Positions 26,649-35,126 of a stretch of 64,000 nucleotides of DNA are shown here, in pieces. The position numbers were made by a program, and so were the translations under genes. Positions within the stretch are counted from its first letter, which is position 1, and every line of letters starts with the position of its first letter. Source of the stretch: Bacteroidota bacterium (GTDB taxonomy: Bacteria; Bacteroidota; Ignavibacteria; UBA10030; UBA6906); NCBI GenBank assembly GCA_036397975.1, contig DASWHW010000050.1, positions 109 through 64,108 of the forward strand, in the 5' to 3' direction. The notes below the pieces were generated by a model. It did no database searches, was not told where the DNA came from, and saw only the letters and a list, made by a program, of their open reading frames with translations.

Positions 26649-27818
26649 TTATTCGAAGGCAGCTATTCCAGTGATATCTTCGCCCAGGATGAGCGTATGC
26701 ATTTCATGAGTTCCCTCGTATGTGAGAACCGATTCCAGGTTTGCCGCGTGGCGCATGACAGGGTATTCGTCCAGAATTCCGTTGGCTCCAAGTATTGAAC
26801 GCGCCTCGCGTGCAATTTCAAGAGCGTGGAAGACGTTGTTCCTTTTCGCAAAGGAGATTTGTTGGAAGCGGACTTTCCCCGCATCTTTCAGCCTTCCCAG
26901 CTGCAGGCTCACGAGCTGTCCCTTCGTTATTTCGGTCAACATGTGGACAAGTTTAGCCTGGGTGAGCTGAAAGGAACCAATTGGTTTGTCGAACTGGATA
27001 CGAGTTTTGGCATAATTCAGAGCCGAATCATAGCATGCCATAGCAGCACCGATGGCTCCCCATGCAATGCCATATCGAGCCTGGCTGAGACAACTAAGAG
27101 GCAATCGAAGTCCATCCCCACCGGGAAGGCGATTTTCCCTCGGTACGTGCACGTCCTGGAAGATCAACTCCGAAGTGATCGACGCTCGAAGAGAGTGTTT
27201 CCCCTTCATCTCCGGTGCAGTAAAACCGGCAGTCCCCTTTTCGACGAGAAAGCCGTTTACCTTGCCGTTGAGCTTCGCCCAAACAACGGCAACATCCGCA
27301 ATTGTTCCGTTGGTAATCCACATTTTTGCGCCGTTGAGGATATATCCGTCAGAAGTTTCCTCGGCACGTGTGATCATCCCTCCAGGATTCGAGCCGAAAT
27401 CGGGTTCAGTGAGGCCGAAGCAACCGATCTTTTCAGCCTTTGCAAGCTTTGAAAGCCATTGCTCTTTTTGCACCGGCGATCCGAACGCGAAGATGGGATA
27501 CATGACGAGTCCACTCTGAACCGACGCAAAGCTTCGCACTCCGCTATCTCCTCGCTCGAGTTCTTGCATCATGAGGCCGTAAGAAACATTGTTGAGACCA
27601 GCACAACCATATTCTTCGGGGAGAGTCGCTCCCATCAACCCTAACTCACCCATTTTCGGGGCGAGTTCTATCGGGAAGGTTCCTGCGCGATTATGTTTCT
27701 CAATTATGGGGAGCACTTCGTCGTCGACGAATTCTCTTACAGTGTTTCGGACCAGAATTTCTTCCTCCGAAAGAAGAGAATCTATATTCAAATAATCGAC
27801 TCCTTGAAACTTTGCCAT
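26649..27818 (-). CDS. Acyl-CoA dehydrogenase (glutaryl-CoA dehydrogenase-like)
   Basis: 389 aa; ACAD fold; [14 protein letters not shown]; C-terminal [13 protein letters not shown]. Confidence 0.8.
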   Translation of the reverse strand: MAKFQGVDYLNIDSLLSEEEILVRNTVREFVDDEVLPIIEKHNRAGTFPIELAPKMGELGLMGATLPEEYGCAGLNNVSYGLMMQELERGDSGVRSFASVQSGLVMYPIFAFGSPVQKEQWLSKLAKAEKIGCFGLTEPDFGSNPGGMITRAEETSDGYILNGAKMWITNGTIADVAVVWAKLNGKVNGFLVEKGTAGFTAPEMKGKHSLRASITSELIFQDVHVPRENRLPGGDGLRLPLSCLSQARYGIAWGAIGAAMACYDSALNYAKTRIQFDKPIGSFQLTQAKLVHMLTEITKGQLVSLQLGRLKDAGKVRFQQISFAKRNNVFHALEIAREARSILGANGILDEYPVMRHAANLESVLTYEGTHEMHTLILGEDITGIAAFE

Positions 27819-27843
27819 TCGAAAAACCTTTGGATGAGCATAC

Positions 27844-27882
27844 TAAGGGAAAAGCCCTGTCTACGAAAAGCAACACAGGGCT
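27844..27882 (-). terminator. Terminator-like hairpin with U-tract, 26 nt upstream of the acyl-CoA dehydrogenase start
   Basis: Minus-strand RNA AGCCCUGUGUUGCUUUUCGUAGACAGGGCU followed by UUUCCCUU; an 8-bp GC-rich stem. Confidence 0.5.
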
Positions 27883-28076
27883 AAAAAACGAGGAATTCTT
27901 CTAGAATGAATGCAAATAAAGCCTGAAAGTCAAGATGACGGCGGGAGCGAGTTGAGCAACAAAGAAAGCCGGCAAGTTGGTCAGACCTACCGGCTCTCGG
28001 AGGGAATTAGAGAGATGTTACTGGTCAGTTCGTTATACTGTGTTCGCTCAAGAAAGTTTCGCTTCTCTCAAAAAAA

Positions 28077-29444
28077 CTAATCAGGAACCGGTAACCCGTA
28101 TTTCTTTATTTTGAGATAAAGGGTCTTGATGCTGATCCCTAAAATCTCTGCGGATTTTGATCGATTGTAGTCTTGATCTCGCAAAACCCGTTCGATATGA
28201 ACTTTTTCGAGATCATCGAGCGAAATACTCCCGGAATCCTCACTGCTCGCTTCCCCTCCAATAGTTCCAAGCCGCTGGAAGTACATTGAGAGATCGGCTT
28301 CCTCGATATAATCCCCGCTGGAGAGAATGAGTGCACCCTCAAGAACATGTTCCAACTCGCGGACGTTTCCCGGCCAGTCATAAGACATCAATAGAGAGAG
28401 AGCTTGGGCTGTCAATTTTTTGGGATTCTTCGTTTTGGACTTTCTCTGGAGAAAGTATTCCGCAAGAACAGGGATATCATCTTTTCGTTCCGCGAGAGTA
28501 GGAACGAAGAGCGTAAAGACGTTCAGTCGATACAGTAGATCTTCGCGGAATCTCCCCGCGCCCACTTCTTCCCGAAGATCTTTGTTGGTCGCAGTTACGA
28601 TTCGCACATCCACCGAAAGAAGATTGGTTCCGCCAACCCGTCGAAATTCTCCGGTTTCAAGAAACCTCAATAACTTCGGCTGGATGGACGGACTGATATC
28701 ACCGACCTCGTCTAAGAAGAGGGTCCCACCATTTGCGACCTCAACCAACCCCTGCTTTGTATTGATTGCGTTGGTGAATGCTCCCTTTTCGTGACCGAAT
28801 AGTTCGCTCTCCAAAAGTGAGTCGGGAATCGATGCGCAGTTCAAGGCAACAAAAGGGCGATTGCTCCTCGGACTTCGACGATGAATCAGATTTGCAATGA
28901 GTTCCTTGCCGGTTCCGGATGCACCTTGAATAAGAACAAATGAATCGCTCGCCGCTACGCGTGTTGCGCTTTCGATCAGCTTCAGAAAGGAAGGGCTCTG
29001 TCCGATAAGTTCAGGGCTTCCTGCCTTTCTCGAAAGCTCATTCTTCATTAGTTTGTTGTCAATGAAGAGCTGGCGCCGCTCTATTGCACGATGTATGGTG
29101 TTGTAAAGCTCATCAATGTCGTACGGCTTAGCAAGGAAGTCGTACGCCCCCATTTTGATCGTCTGGATCGCCGTTTTTACATCGGCGTAGTTGGTGAGAA
29201 TAATAACTTGCGTGGTGGGAGAGTACTCCTGGACAAACTTCAATACCTCTATGCCATTCACCCGAGGCATGCGGATATCCAGCAACACGAGATCATACAC
29301 CTTCGCCTGGATAGCATTGATCGCTTCCCCTCCATCCGCGGCGGTGTCAACAGCGAATTCTTCTGATTCCTCAAGTTCACTCTCCAAAAGTGTTCTGAGA
29401 GACTCCTCATCATCAACAATCAGAAGGTTGAACTTGCGGGACAT
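28077..29444 (-). CDS. Sigma54-dependent NtrC-family response regulator (REC + AAA+ + HTH)
   Basis: 455 aa; REC LLIVDDEESLRT...LLDIRMP; Walker A GASGTGKE; GAFTNA loop; C-terminal Fis-like HTH. Confidence 0.9.
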   Translation of the reverse strand: MSRKFNLLIVDDEESLRTLLESELEESEEFAVDTAADGGEAINAIQAKVYDLVLLDIRMPRVNGIEVLKFVQEYSPTTQVIILTNYADVKTAIQTIKMGAYDFLAKPYDIDELYNTIHRAIERRQLFIDNKLMKNELSRKAGSPELIGQSPSFLKLIESATRVAASDSFVLIQGASGTGKELIANLIHRRSPRSNRPFVALNCASIPDSLLESELFGHEKGAFTNAINTKQGLVEVANGGTLFLDEVGDISPSIQPKLLRFLETGEFRRVGGTNLLSVDVRIVTATNKDLREEVGAGRFREDLLYRLNVFTLFVPTLAERKDDIPVLAEYFLQRKSKTKNPKKLTAQALSLLMSYDWPGNVRELEHVLEGALILSSGDYIEEADLSMYFQRLGTIGGEASSEDSGSISLDDLEKVHIERVLRDQDYNRSKSAEILGISIKTLYLKIKKYGLPVPD

Positions 29445-29481
29445 ACCTTAGCGGAGACCAGTCAGTCTTAGAATCGGATCA

Positions 29482-29862
29482 TTATTCATGCAGAACCCTT
29501 TCTATCGTTGTCAGGAGATCCACGAGATCATACGGCTTACTGACGAAGTCTTCAGCTCCCAACTTTTTCGCTTCAATCGCATTCTTGAGATCCGCAAATG
29601 CCGTGAGCATTACGACTTTGGTCTCGGGGTTCTTTTCCTTGACAAATTTCAACACTTCAAATCCATCGACCCGCGGCATCTTGATATCAAGAAGCAAAAG
29701 GTCAAACGAGTCTTTCTTCACCTCCGCAATTGCTTCGTCCCCATCCGAAGCTGTACGGACGTCATACCCTTCGCCCGTTAGTTCCCCACTCAACACCGTG
29801 CGCAATGATTCTTCATCATCCACCACGAGTATCTTGCTTTTGTCGGCCATATTCCGCTCCAA
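29482..29862 (-). CDS. Single-domain response regulator (CheY-like REC)
   Basis: 126 aa; ILVVDDEESLRT...LLLLDIKMPRVDGFEVLKFV; ~60 percent identical to the REC of the NtrC gene 37 nt downstream. Confidence 0.9.
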   Translation of the reverse strand: MERNMADKSKILVVDDEESLRTVLSGELTGEGYDVRTASDGDEAIAEVKKDSFDLLLLDIKMPRVDGFEVLKFVKEKNPETKVVMLTAFADLKNAIEAKKLGAEDFVSKPYDLVDLLTTIERVLHE

Positions 29863-29919
29863 ATTTGGTCTGGGGAGTCGCCACTAATTGTTCAAAACTT
29901 GACTATTCCAGTGCACTCG

Positions 29920-29948
29920 ATTATATCGAAAGAAATGTATAAAATCAA
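29920..29948 (-). promoter_or_regulatory. Sigma70-type promoter (TTGATT-17-TATAAT) for the REC/NtrC operon
   Basis: Minus-strand -35 (reverse complement of 29943-29948) and a perfect -10 TATAAT (reverse complement of 29920-29925); GGAG Shine-Dalgarno 8 nt before the ATG at 29862. Confidence 0.5.
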
Positions 29949-29978
29949 CCCAGTTACGATGTGAACTGACTACTCCTT

Positions 29979-29994
29979 AGCTAGATTCAGCTAG
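29979..29994. repeat. Two copies of palindromic hexamer AGCTAG spaced 10 bp (candidate regulator site) between divergent promoters
   Basis: agctagattcagctag at 29979-29994, centred between the divergent -35 boxes. Confidence 0.3.
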
Positions 29995-30001
29995 TTCTTA
30001 T

Positions 30002-30030
30002 TTGCAACTCTGTCAATGAAATGCTATTAT
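30002..30030 (+). promoter_or_regulatory. Sigma70-like promoter (TTGCAA-17-TATTAT) for the REC-HisKA gene
   Basis: -35 at 30002-30007 and -10 at 30025-30030; ATG at 30062. Confidence 0.4.
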
Positions 30031-30061
30031 TTTCCTGCTAATACTCATATCCGATCATTGC

Positions 30062-30724
30062 ATGACTGACAATTCTATCACCCTCCTCTGCGTCGATGAC
30101 GACACGGCCTTCACAAAGGTAGCAGATCACCTCCTTGCAAAATACAAGAACGTATCTTTTCGTGTTATTTGGAAGACCGATGGGAAATCCGCGCTTGAGG
30201 AGTTGGAGGCAAACCCCTCAATCGAGTTGGTCCTTCTTGACTACAATCTTCCTGATCATAATGGCCTGGAAATAACCCGCGCAATTCGCGAAAAAGGAAA
30301 CGAAATCCCGATTGTCTTCCTGTCCGCAGAAAAGGACTTTCGGCTGGCTATCGAAGCAATCAAATACCGTGTGGAAGACTATCTGGTAAAGGGGGAGGTA
30401 ATGAATGCCAGTTTTCCCGAAACTGTATTTCAAATTTACAACCGAGCAAAATCGAAAAAGTTGACTGCTGATCAATTCAGACGCGACCTGATTGCTCGGA
30501 GGAAGGCAGACGCCGTTAAAGAACTTATTGTCACCGTGTGCCACGAATTCAACAATCCACTTGCCGCTATGAAGATAAGTACAGATATCCTCAAGAAACA
30601 TAACCTCTCTACAGAAGAAAAAACAATGGTTGCCTCCCTCGATGCGAATATTCGTGTTATCGAAAAGGAAATCACAAAGCTCCGTGATCTCAATCTCGAT
30701 CGAATCGATTTTCAGAACTCATAA
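30062..30724 (+). CDS. Response-regulator receiver domain fused to a HisKA/DHp dimerisation-phosphotransfer domain; no HATPase_c catalytic domain
   Basis: 220 aa; REC with LLCVDDD, LLDYNLPD and a K in YLVKGE; C-terminal H-box VCHEFNNPLAAM plus a following helix; stop at 30722-30724 followed by a strong terminator. Confidence 0.85.
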   Translation: MTDNSITLLCVDDDTAFTKVADHLLAKYKNVSFRVIWKTDGKSALEELEANPSIELVLLDYNLPDHNGLEITRAIREKGNEIPIVFLSAEKDFRLAIEAIKYRVEDYLVKGEVMNASFPETVFQIYNRAKSKKLTADQFRRDLIARRKADAVKELIVTVCHEFNNPLAAMKISTDILKKHNLSTEEKTMVASLDANIRVIEKEITKLRDLNLDRIDFQNS

Positions 30725-30867
30725 ACAAAGTTCGGATCCCTTGCTTCTCAAATGTGTATTGCCTATATTAGTGAGGCAGTCAAGAACAAGCACTAGTTCA
30801 TGGCACCAATGAACCTTCCCATACGAAAACGAATTTTCCCTCGAGCATATTTTGTATAGCGACACCA

Positions 30868-30899
30868 AGTGTCCCGCCCACCAGCGGGACACTTTTTTT
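30868..30899 (+). terminator. Rho-independent terminator after the REC-HisKA gene
   Basis: agtgtcccgc-ccacca-gcgggacact followed by T7; lies inside the track's long 30869 ORF, which supports the shorter nif3 start. Confidence 0.8.
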
Positions 30900-30919
30900 G
30901 TAGGACGGCCGCACTTTTC

Positions 30920-32029
30920 ATGATCGTCCGTGATATTCAGGATATCGTCGAGCGATGGGCTCCAAAACAGGTAGCGTGGGAACGAGATAACGTTGGCCTG
31001 CAGATCGGCGATCCGCATGCTACGGTTAAAGGCATCTTGGTGACTCTCGACGTGACTGGCGATATCGTGAAAGAAGCAGTAGAAAAGAAGGTAAATCTTG
31101 TTATCAGCCATCATCCCCTTCTCTTCAAGCCCCTCCAGAGTGTCAGGACGACAAGCGGGACAGCAGCAGTGTTGCGCGAGATGATTCTCCATCAAATGAA
31201 TTTGTTTACTGCTCACACCAACCTGGATTTCACGTTCGGCGGTACGAGCTTTGCGCTGGCCACTTCGCTGAATCTTCAGAAGCTCGATTTTCTACGAAAA
31301 GCATATCAAGTGCAAGAGAAGATAATAACTTTTGTTACGGCGGAGCATGTTGATCGGGTTGCTTCGGCGATGGCCTCTGCAGGCGCCGGCGTCATTGGAA
31401 ATTATGAAAACTGTTCGTTTCGGACCGAGGGGACAGGGACATTTCGGGGAAACAGCAAGTCTAACCCGGCAGTCGGCACAAAAAACCAGCTTGAATCGTC
31501 ACGGGAAGTGCGGCTGGAGATGATTGTCGATTCCTGGAACGCTGAGCAGGTGGTCAGCGCCATGAAAGCTGCCCATCCGTACGAGGAAGTGGCGTACGAT
31601 CGGTACCCGCTGGTCAATTATCATGGAAGGTATGGAGAGGGAGTTATCGGTGAATTGGGGAACCCTCTTCCACTTTCTCAGTTTCTGGAAGAGATAAAGA
31701 ACTGCCTGAAGACAAAAACCCTTCGATATACTGGCGAACCAAAGAAGCGAATTTCGCGCGTTGCTGTGTGCGGAGGGAGCGGTTCGGAACTGCTCGAGGA
31801 GGCGATGGCACAAGGAGCAGATGCTTTCGTGACAGCGGATATTCGTTACCATGCTTTTCATGAAGCCGCCGGGAAGATCGCGCTTATCGATGCCGGGCAT
31901 TACGAAACCGAAGAGCCGGTCGTCCACACTATTGTCAAGAAATTAAGCGAAGCGTTGGGAACCAACGCGGGTCATCTGCGAATCGAAGCTGCAGAGACGT
32001 TGACCAATCCGGTACGATATTATTCATAA
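30920..32029 (+). CDS. Nif3-family dinuclear-metal-centre protein (YqfO/YbgI-like)
   Basis: Starts MIVRDIQDIVERWAP...; NIF3 N- and C-domains with an inserted domain; ATG at 30920, 20 nt after the terminator. Confidence 0.85.
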   Translation: MIVRDIQDIVERWAPKQVAWERDNVGLQIGDPHATVKGILVTLDVTGDIVKEAVEKKVNLVISHHPLLFKPLQSVRTTSGTAAVLREMILHQMNLFTAHTNLDFTFGGTSFALATSLNLQKLDFLRKAYQVQEKIITFVTAEHVDRVASAMASAGAGVIGNYENCSFRTEGTGTFRGNSKSNPAVGTKNQLESSREVRLEMIVDSWNAEQVVSAMKAAHPYEEVAYDRYPLVNYHGRYGEGVIGELGNPLPLSQFLEEIKNCLKTKTLRYTGEPKKRISRVAVCGGSGSELLEEAMAQGADAFVTADIRYHAFHEAAGKIALIDAGHYETEEPVVHTIVKKLSEALGTNAGHLRIEAAETLTNPVRYYS

Positions 32030-32047
32030 CTACTATTTGTTGGAGGA

Positions 32048-32791
32048 GTGACATTGAAAGATACATTGCGTCGCCTGTACGAATTGCAAAAGATCGATAC
32101 AAATCTGGATGAGTTGGAGGAAATGAAGGGTGATCTGCCTGCACAAGTCAAGGAGTTCGAAGATCAATACGCTGAACGGAAGAAGCAACTGGCGGATCTG
32201 GAATGTGTTATGAAAAAGTCCTTTGCCGAACGTGACCTTGCGGATAGCGATATCATCTCCCTGCGGGAGAAAGTAGAGCGTTACAAATCTCAACAATTGG
32301 AGGTTCGGAATAATAAGGAATATGACGCCTTGACTCGGGAAATGGATTCTGCAGTTGCAGGTATAGCAAAACTTGAAAAGGAAATGCAAGCCCTGGAGAA
32401 TAAAGGAACAACCGCTCGAACCGACATCGAATCGGTGAAGCTCCAAATAACCGAGCTGGAGAAGACTCTAGAGGAGAAACGCGTTGCCCTCGCCGAAGTG
32501 TCCAAAGAAACAGATGCCGAAGAAAACGAGTATCGTAGAGCACGAACGCGGGCTATGGAGGGAATCAAACGCCCGTTACTCGAAACATATCAACGCATTC
32601 GTGACTCAAAGCGAGGGGGAAAAGCAATCGTAGGACTTGTCCGGGGCGCGTGCGGAGGTTGTTTCAACCTCGTGCCCCCACAGAAGGTGCTGGAACTCAG
32701 ACAGAGCAAGCGGATCTACATGTGCGAGCACTGCGGGCGCATTCTCGTTCCTGGCCAGATCGCAGAAGGAAAAGAAACCGCGGCTCAGTAG
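32048..32791 (+). CDS. Coiled-coil zinc-ribbon protein (COG1579/DUF164 family)
   Basis: 247 aa; long coiled coil then CGGC...CEHCGR zinc ribbon; GTG start; classical partner of Nif3. Confidence 0.8.
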   Translation: MTLKDTLRRLYELQKIDTNLDELEEMKGDLPAQVKEFEDQYAERKKQLADLECVMKKSFAERDLADSDIISLREKVERYKSQQLEVRNNKEYDALTREMDSAVAGIAKLEKEMQALENKGTTARTDIESVKLQITELEKTLEEKRVALAEVSKETDAEENEYRRARTRAMEGIKRPLLETYQRIRDSKRGGKAIVGLVRGACGGCFNLVPPQKVLELRQSKRIYMCEHCGRILVPGQIAEGKETAAQ

Positions 32792-32854
32792 TTGTCCCAA
32801 CGCATCTAGATTCTTAACAGATTTTTTCTATAAATAAACAAATACAATCACCAT

Positions 32855-33272
32855 GCAGGTCGGGCAGCTGCGTCGTGGATTTCTGTCCACGATGAGGAAA
32901 GTCCGAACTCCACGGAGCAAGGTGCCCCGCGAAAAACGGGGGCTCAAGGGATGAAAATCCCCTGAGACGGAAAGTGTCACAGAAAAAATACCGCCGTCGA
33001 TTTCCCTCGGGTTATCGACGGTAAGGGTGAAAAGGCGAGGTAAGAGCTCACCGGTCTGCTAGCGATGGCAGAAAACTGACAAACCCCACCTGGAGCAAGA
33101 CCACATAGGAGAGGTATCGCCACTGCGAAAGAAGTTGCTCGCTTCTTCGGCTGTATTCTTACAGCGAAACTCTCGGGTAGGTCGCACGAGTCCAACGGCA
33201 ACGGCGGACCCAGATAAATGGCTGCCTCCTTCGGTTCCCGAAGAAGACAGAATTCGGCTTACAGACCTGCAC
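32855..33272 (+). ncRNA. rnpB: RNase P RNA, bacterial type A
   Basis: Conserved GAGGAAAGTCCGAACTCCACGG (P4 5' strand), AGGGTGAAAAGGCGAGGTAAGAGCTCACC, ACAGAATTCGGCTTA (P4 3' strand); P1 pairing gcaggtc with gacctgc. Confidence 0.9.
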
Positions 33273-33357
33273 TAAGTATTGACCGTGTTCACACTGTGAT
33301 AGCGTAGAACGAAGAGAAAGATTCTTTTCCCTCTGCCGGTCGTACTCAGCCAAGTTC

Positions 33358-35097
33358 ATGGGAGATTTTTTGAATTCTATCATCAAAGAACACCGTTGGA
33401 CGATCGTCGAACAACCGGCTGACGTTGTTTCTCGATTGGCCGAAGAAATCAATGTTCCGAAAGAAATCTCCACCATTCTTGTCAACCGCGGCATCACCAC
33501 CTACGATGCTGCAAAAGCCTACTTTCGGCCAACCGTTCAGCTGCTGAACGATCCCTTCTTGATGACGGGCATGGAGGAAGCAACCGCACGCCTGATCACT
33601 GCAATTCAATCCCGCGAGAAGATTCTCGTCTTTGGTGACTATGACGTTGATGGAACAAACGGCGCAGCAATGTTATACTTGTTCATCAAAGATCTCGGAG
33701 GGGCGGTCGACTTCTACATTCCGGACCGCATCATCGAGGGCTATGGAATCTCTAACCTTGGTGTTGAGAAAGCACATGCGGAGGGGTACTCGGTATTCCT
33801 CTCCGTTGATTGCGGTATCACCGCGGTTGCGCAAGCAGAACTGGCTCGCTCTAAAGGAATCGACATGATCATTTGTGATCACCACGAGCCTGGCTCAACA
33901 CTTCCAAATGCTCTGGCGACCCTCGATCCTCTTAGACCGGGGGATGTTTATCCTTTCAAATCGTTGTGCGGTTGTGGCGTCGGGTTCAAGCTCATTCAGG
34001 GGATTGCCCGCAAGTTAGGCATGGAGTCGACGCTGGCATCGTACATGGATTTCGTCGCCCTGGCAAGTACCGCCGACATTGTGCCGCTGATCGACGAGAA
34101 TCGGGTGCTTGTTCGCGCCGGCATGGACCTTATCAATTCTAATCCTCGCCCCGGTATTCGAGCATTGATTGAATCATCTGGATTGGAAATTGGCAAGATC
34201 ACCACAGGACAGGTAGTCTTCATGCTTGCTCCCCGCATTAATGCGGTGGGACGATTGGGTGATGCAATGCGCGCTGTCCGTTTACTGACCAGCACAAACC
34301 CGGAAGAAGCCCATCAACTCGCTCAAGTGTTGGAGGAAGAAAACCTCAACCGACGTCGCATCGATGAAGAAACATTTGCGGAAGCACAAGAACTCGCGGA
34401 ATCAGTATTGAATGTTGACACCGACGCGGCACTCGTACTTCATCAGGAGCATTGGCACCCGGGCGTCGTCGGAATCGTTGCGTCCCGGATGGTCGAGAAA
34501 TACTACAAGCCGTCGATCATGATGGCGACGGTGGATGGTGTTGCAAAAGGTTCCGCACGAAGTGTCTCCGGATTCGATATCTTCCAGGCCCTCAAGCGGT
34601 GCGAGGATAAGATTATTCAGTTCGGCGGGCATAAGTACGCAGCCGGCCTGACCGTCGAAATTGAGAAGGTGGACGAATTCCGTCAGGCATTCAATGATGT
34701 TGTGAATGAACTCATGACTGAAGAGATGAAAACGCGCGAGATTCACATCGATGTGGAGATCTCGTTGACGGACATGACTCCAAAATTTATCAGAATTCTT
34801 AAAGAGTTCGCTCCCTTCGGGCCGAGTAACATGAAACCAACCTTTCTTGGGCGGAATCTTGAAGTGTTCGGGAATCCGCGAATCGTGGGAAAGAACCACT
34901 TACGATTTCGCGTTCGTCAGAATGGTGTGGTGTTTGACGCGATTGGATTTGGCCTTGGAGACTTGATGCCAAAGGTCAACGCCGGGAGGAAAGACCTCGA
35001 ATGTGTTTTCTCCATTGATGAGCATGAGTCGCCCGCACCATCCGGAGGGAGAAAAGGCGATGTTGTTCCTCAATTAAAAGTTCGAGATATTCGATAA
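33358..35097 (+). CDS. recJ: Single-stranded-DNA-specific exonuclease RecJ
   Basis: 579 aa; DHH motifs VFGDYDVDGTNG and DHH at CDHHEP; DHHA1 domain. Confidence 0.9.
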   Translation: MGDFLNSIIKEHRWTIVEQPADVVSRLAEEINVPKEISTILVNRGITTYDAAKAYFRPTVQLLNDPFLMTGMEEATARLITAIQSREKILVFGDYDVDGTNGAAMLYLFIKDLGGAVDFYIPDRIIEGYGISNLGVEKAHAEGYSVFLSVDCGITAVAQAELARSKGIDMIICDHHEPGSTLPNALATLDPLRPGDVYPFKSLCGCGVGFKLIQGIARKLGMESTLASYMDFVALASTADIVPLIDENRVLVRAGMDLINSNPRPGIRALIESSGLEIGKITTGQVVFMLAPRINAVGRLGDAMRAVRLLTSTNPEEAHQLAQVLEEENLNRRRIDEETFAEAQELAESVLNVDTDAALVLHQEHWHPGVVGIVASRMVEKYYKPSIMMATVDGVAKGSARSVSGFDIFQALKRCEDKIIQFGGHKYAAGLTVEIEKVDEFRQAFNDVVNELMTEEMKTREIHIDVEISLTDMTPKFIRILKEFAPFGPSNMKPTFLGRNLEVFGNPRIVGKNHLRFRVRQNGVVFDAIGFGLGDLMPKVNAGRKDLECVFSIDEHESPAPSGGRKGDVVPQLKVRDIR

Positions 35098-35126
35098 TTC
35101 AGATCGTTTAGGAAGGAGACGTAGCT

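Noticed and set aside
25321-26709. 462-aa ORF on the plus strand
   Set aside because: Lies entirely antisense to guaB, which has unambiguous IMPDH motifs. The translation is low-complexity and Arg/Ser/Cys-rich, as is typical of antisense frames of highly expressed genes.
30869-30919. Longer N-terminus for nif3 (track start 30869)
   Set aside because: It would be translated through the strong terminator at 30868-30899. The ATG at 30920 gives the canonical Nif3 N-terminus.
32977-33500. Minus-strand ORFs 32977..33201 and 33159..33500
   Set aside because: They overlap the RNase P RNA gene, whose conserved P4 and J-region sequences are unmistakable on the plus strand.
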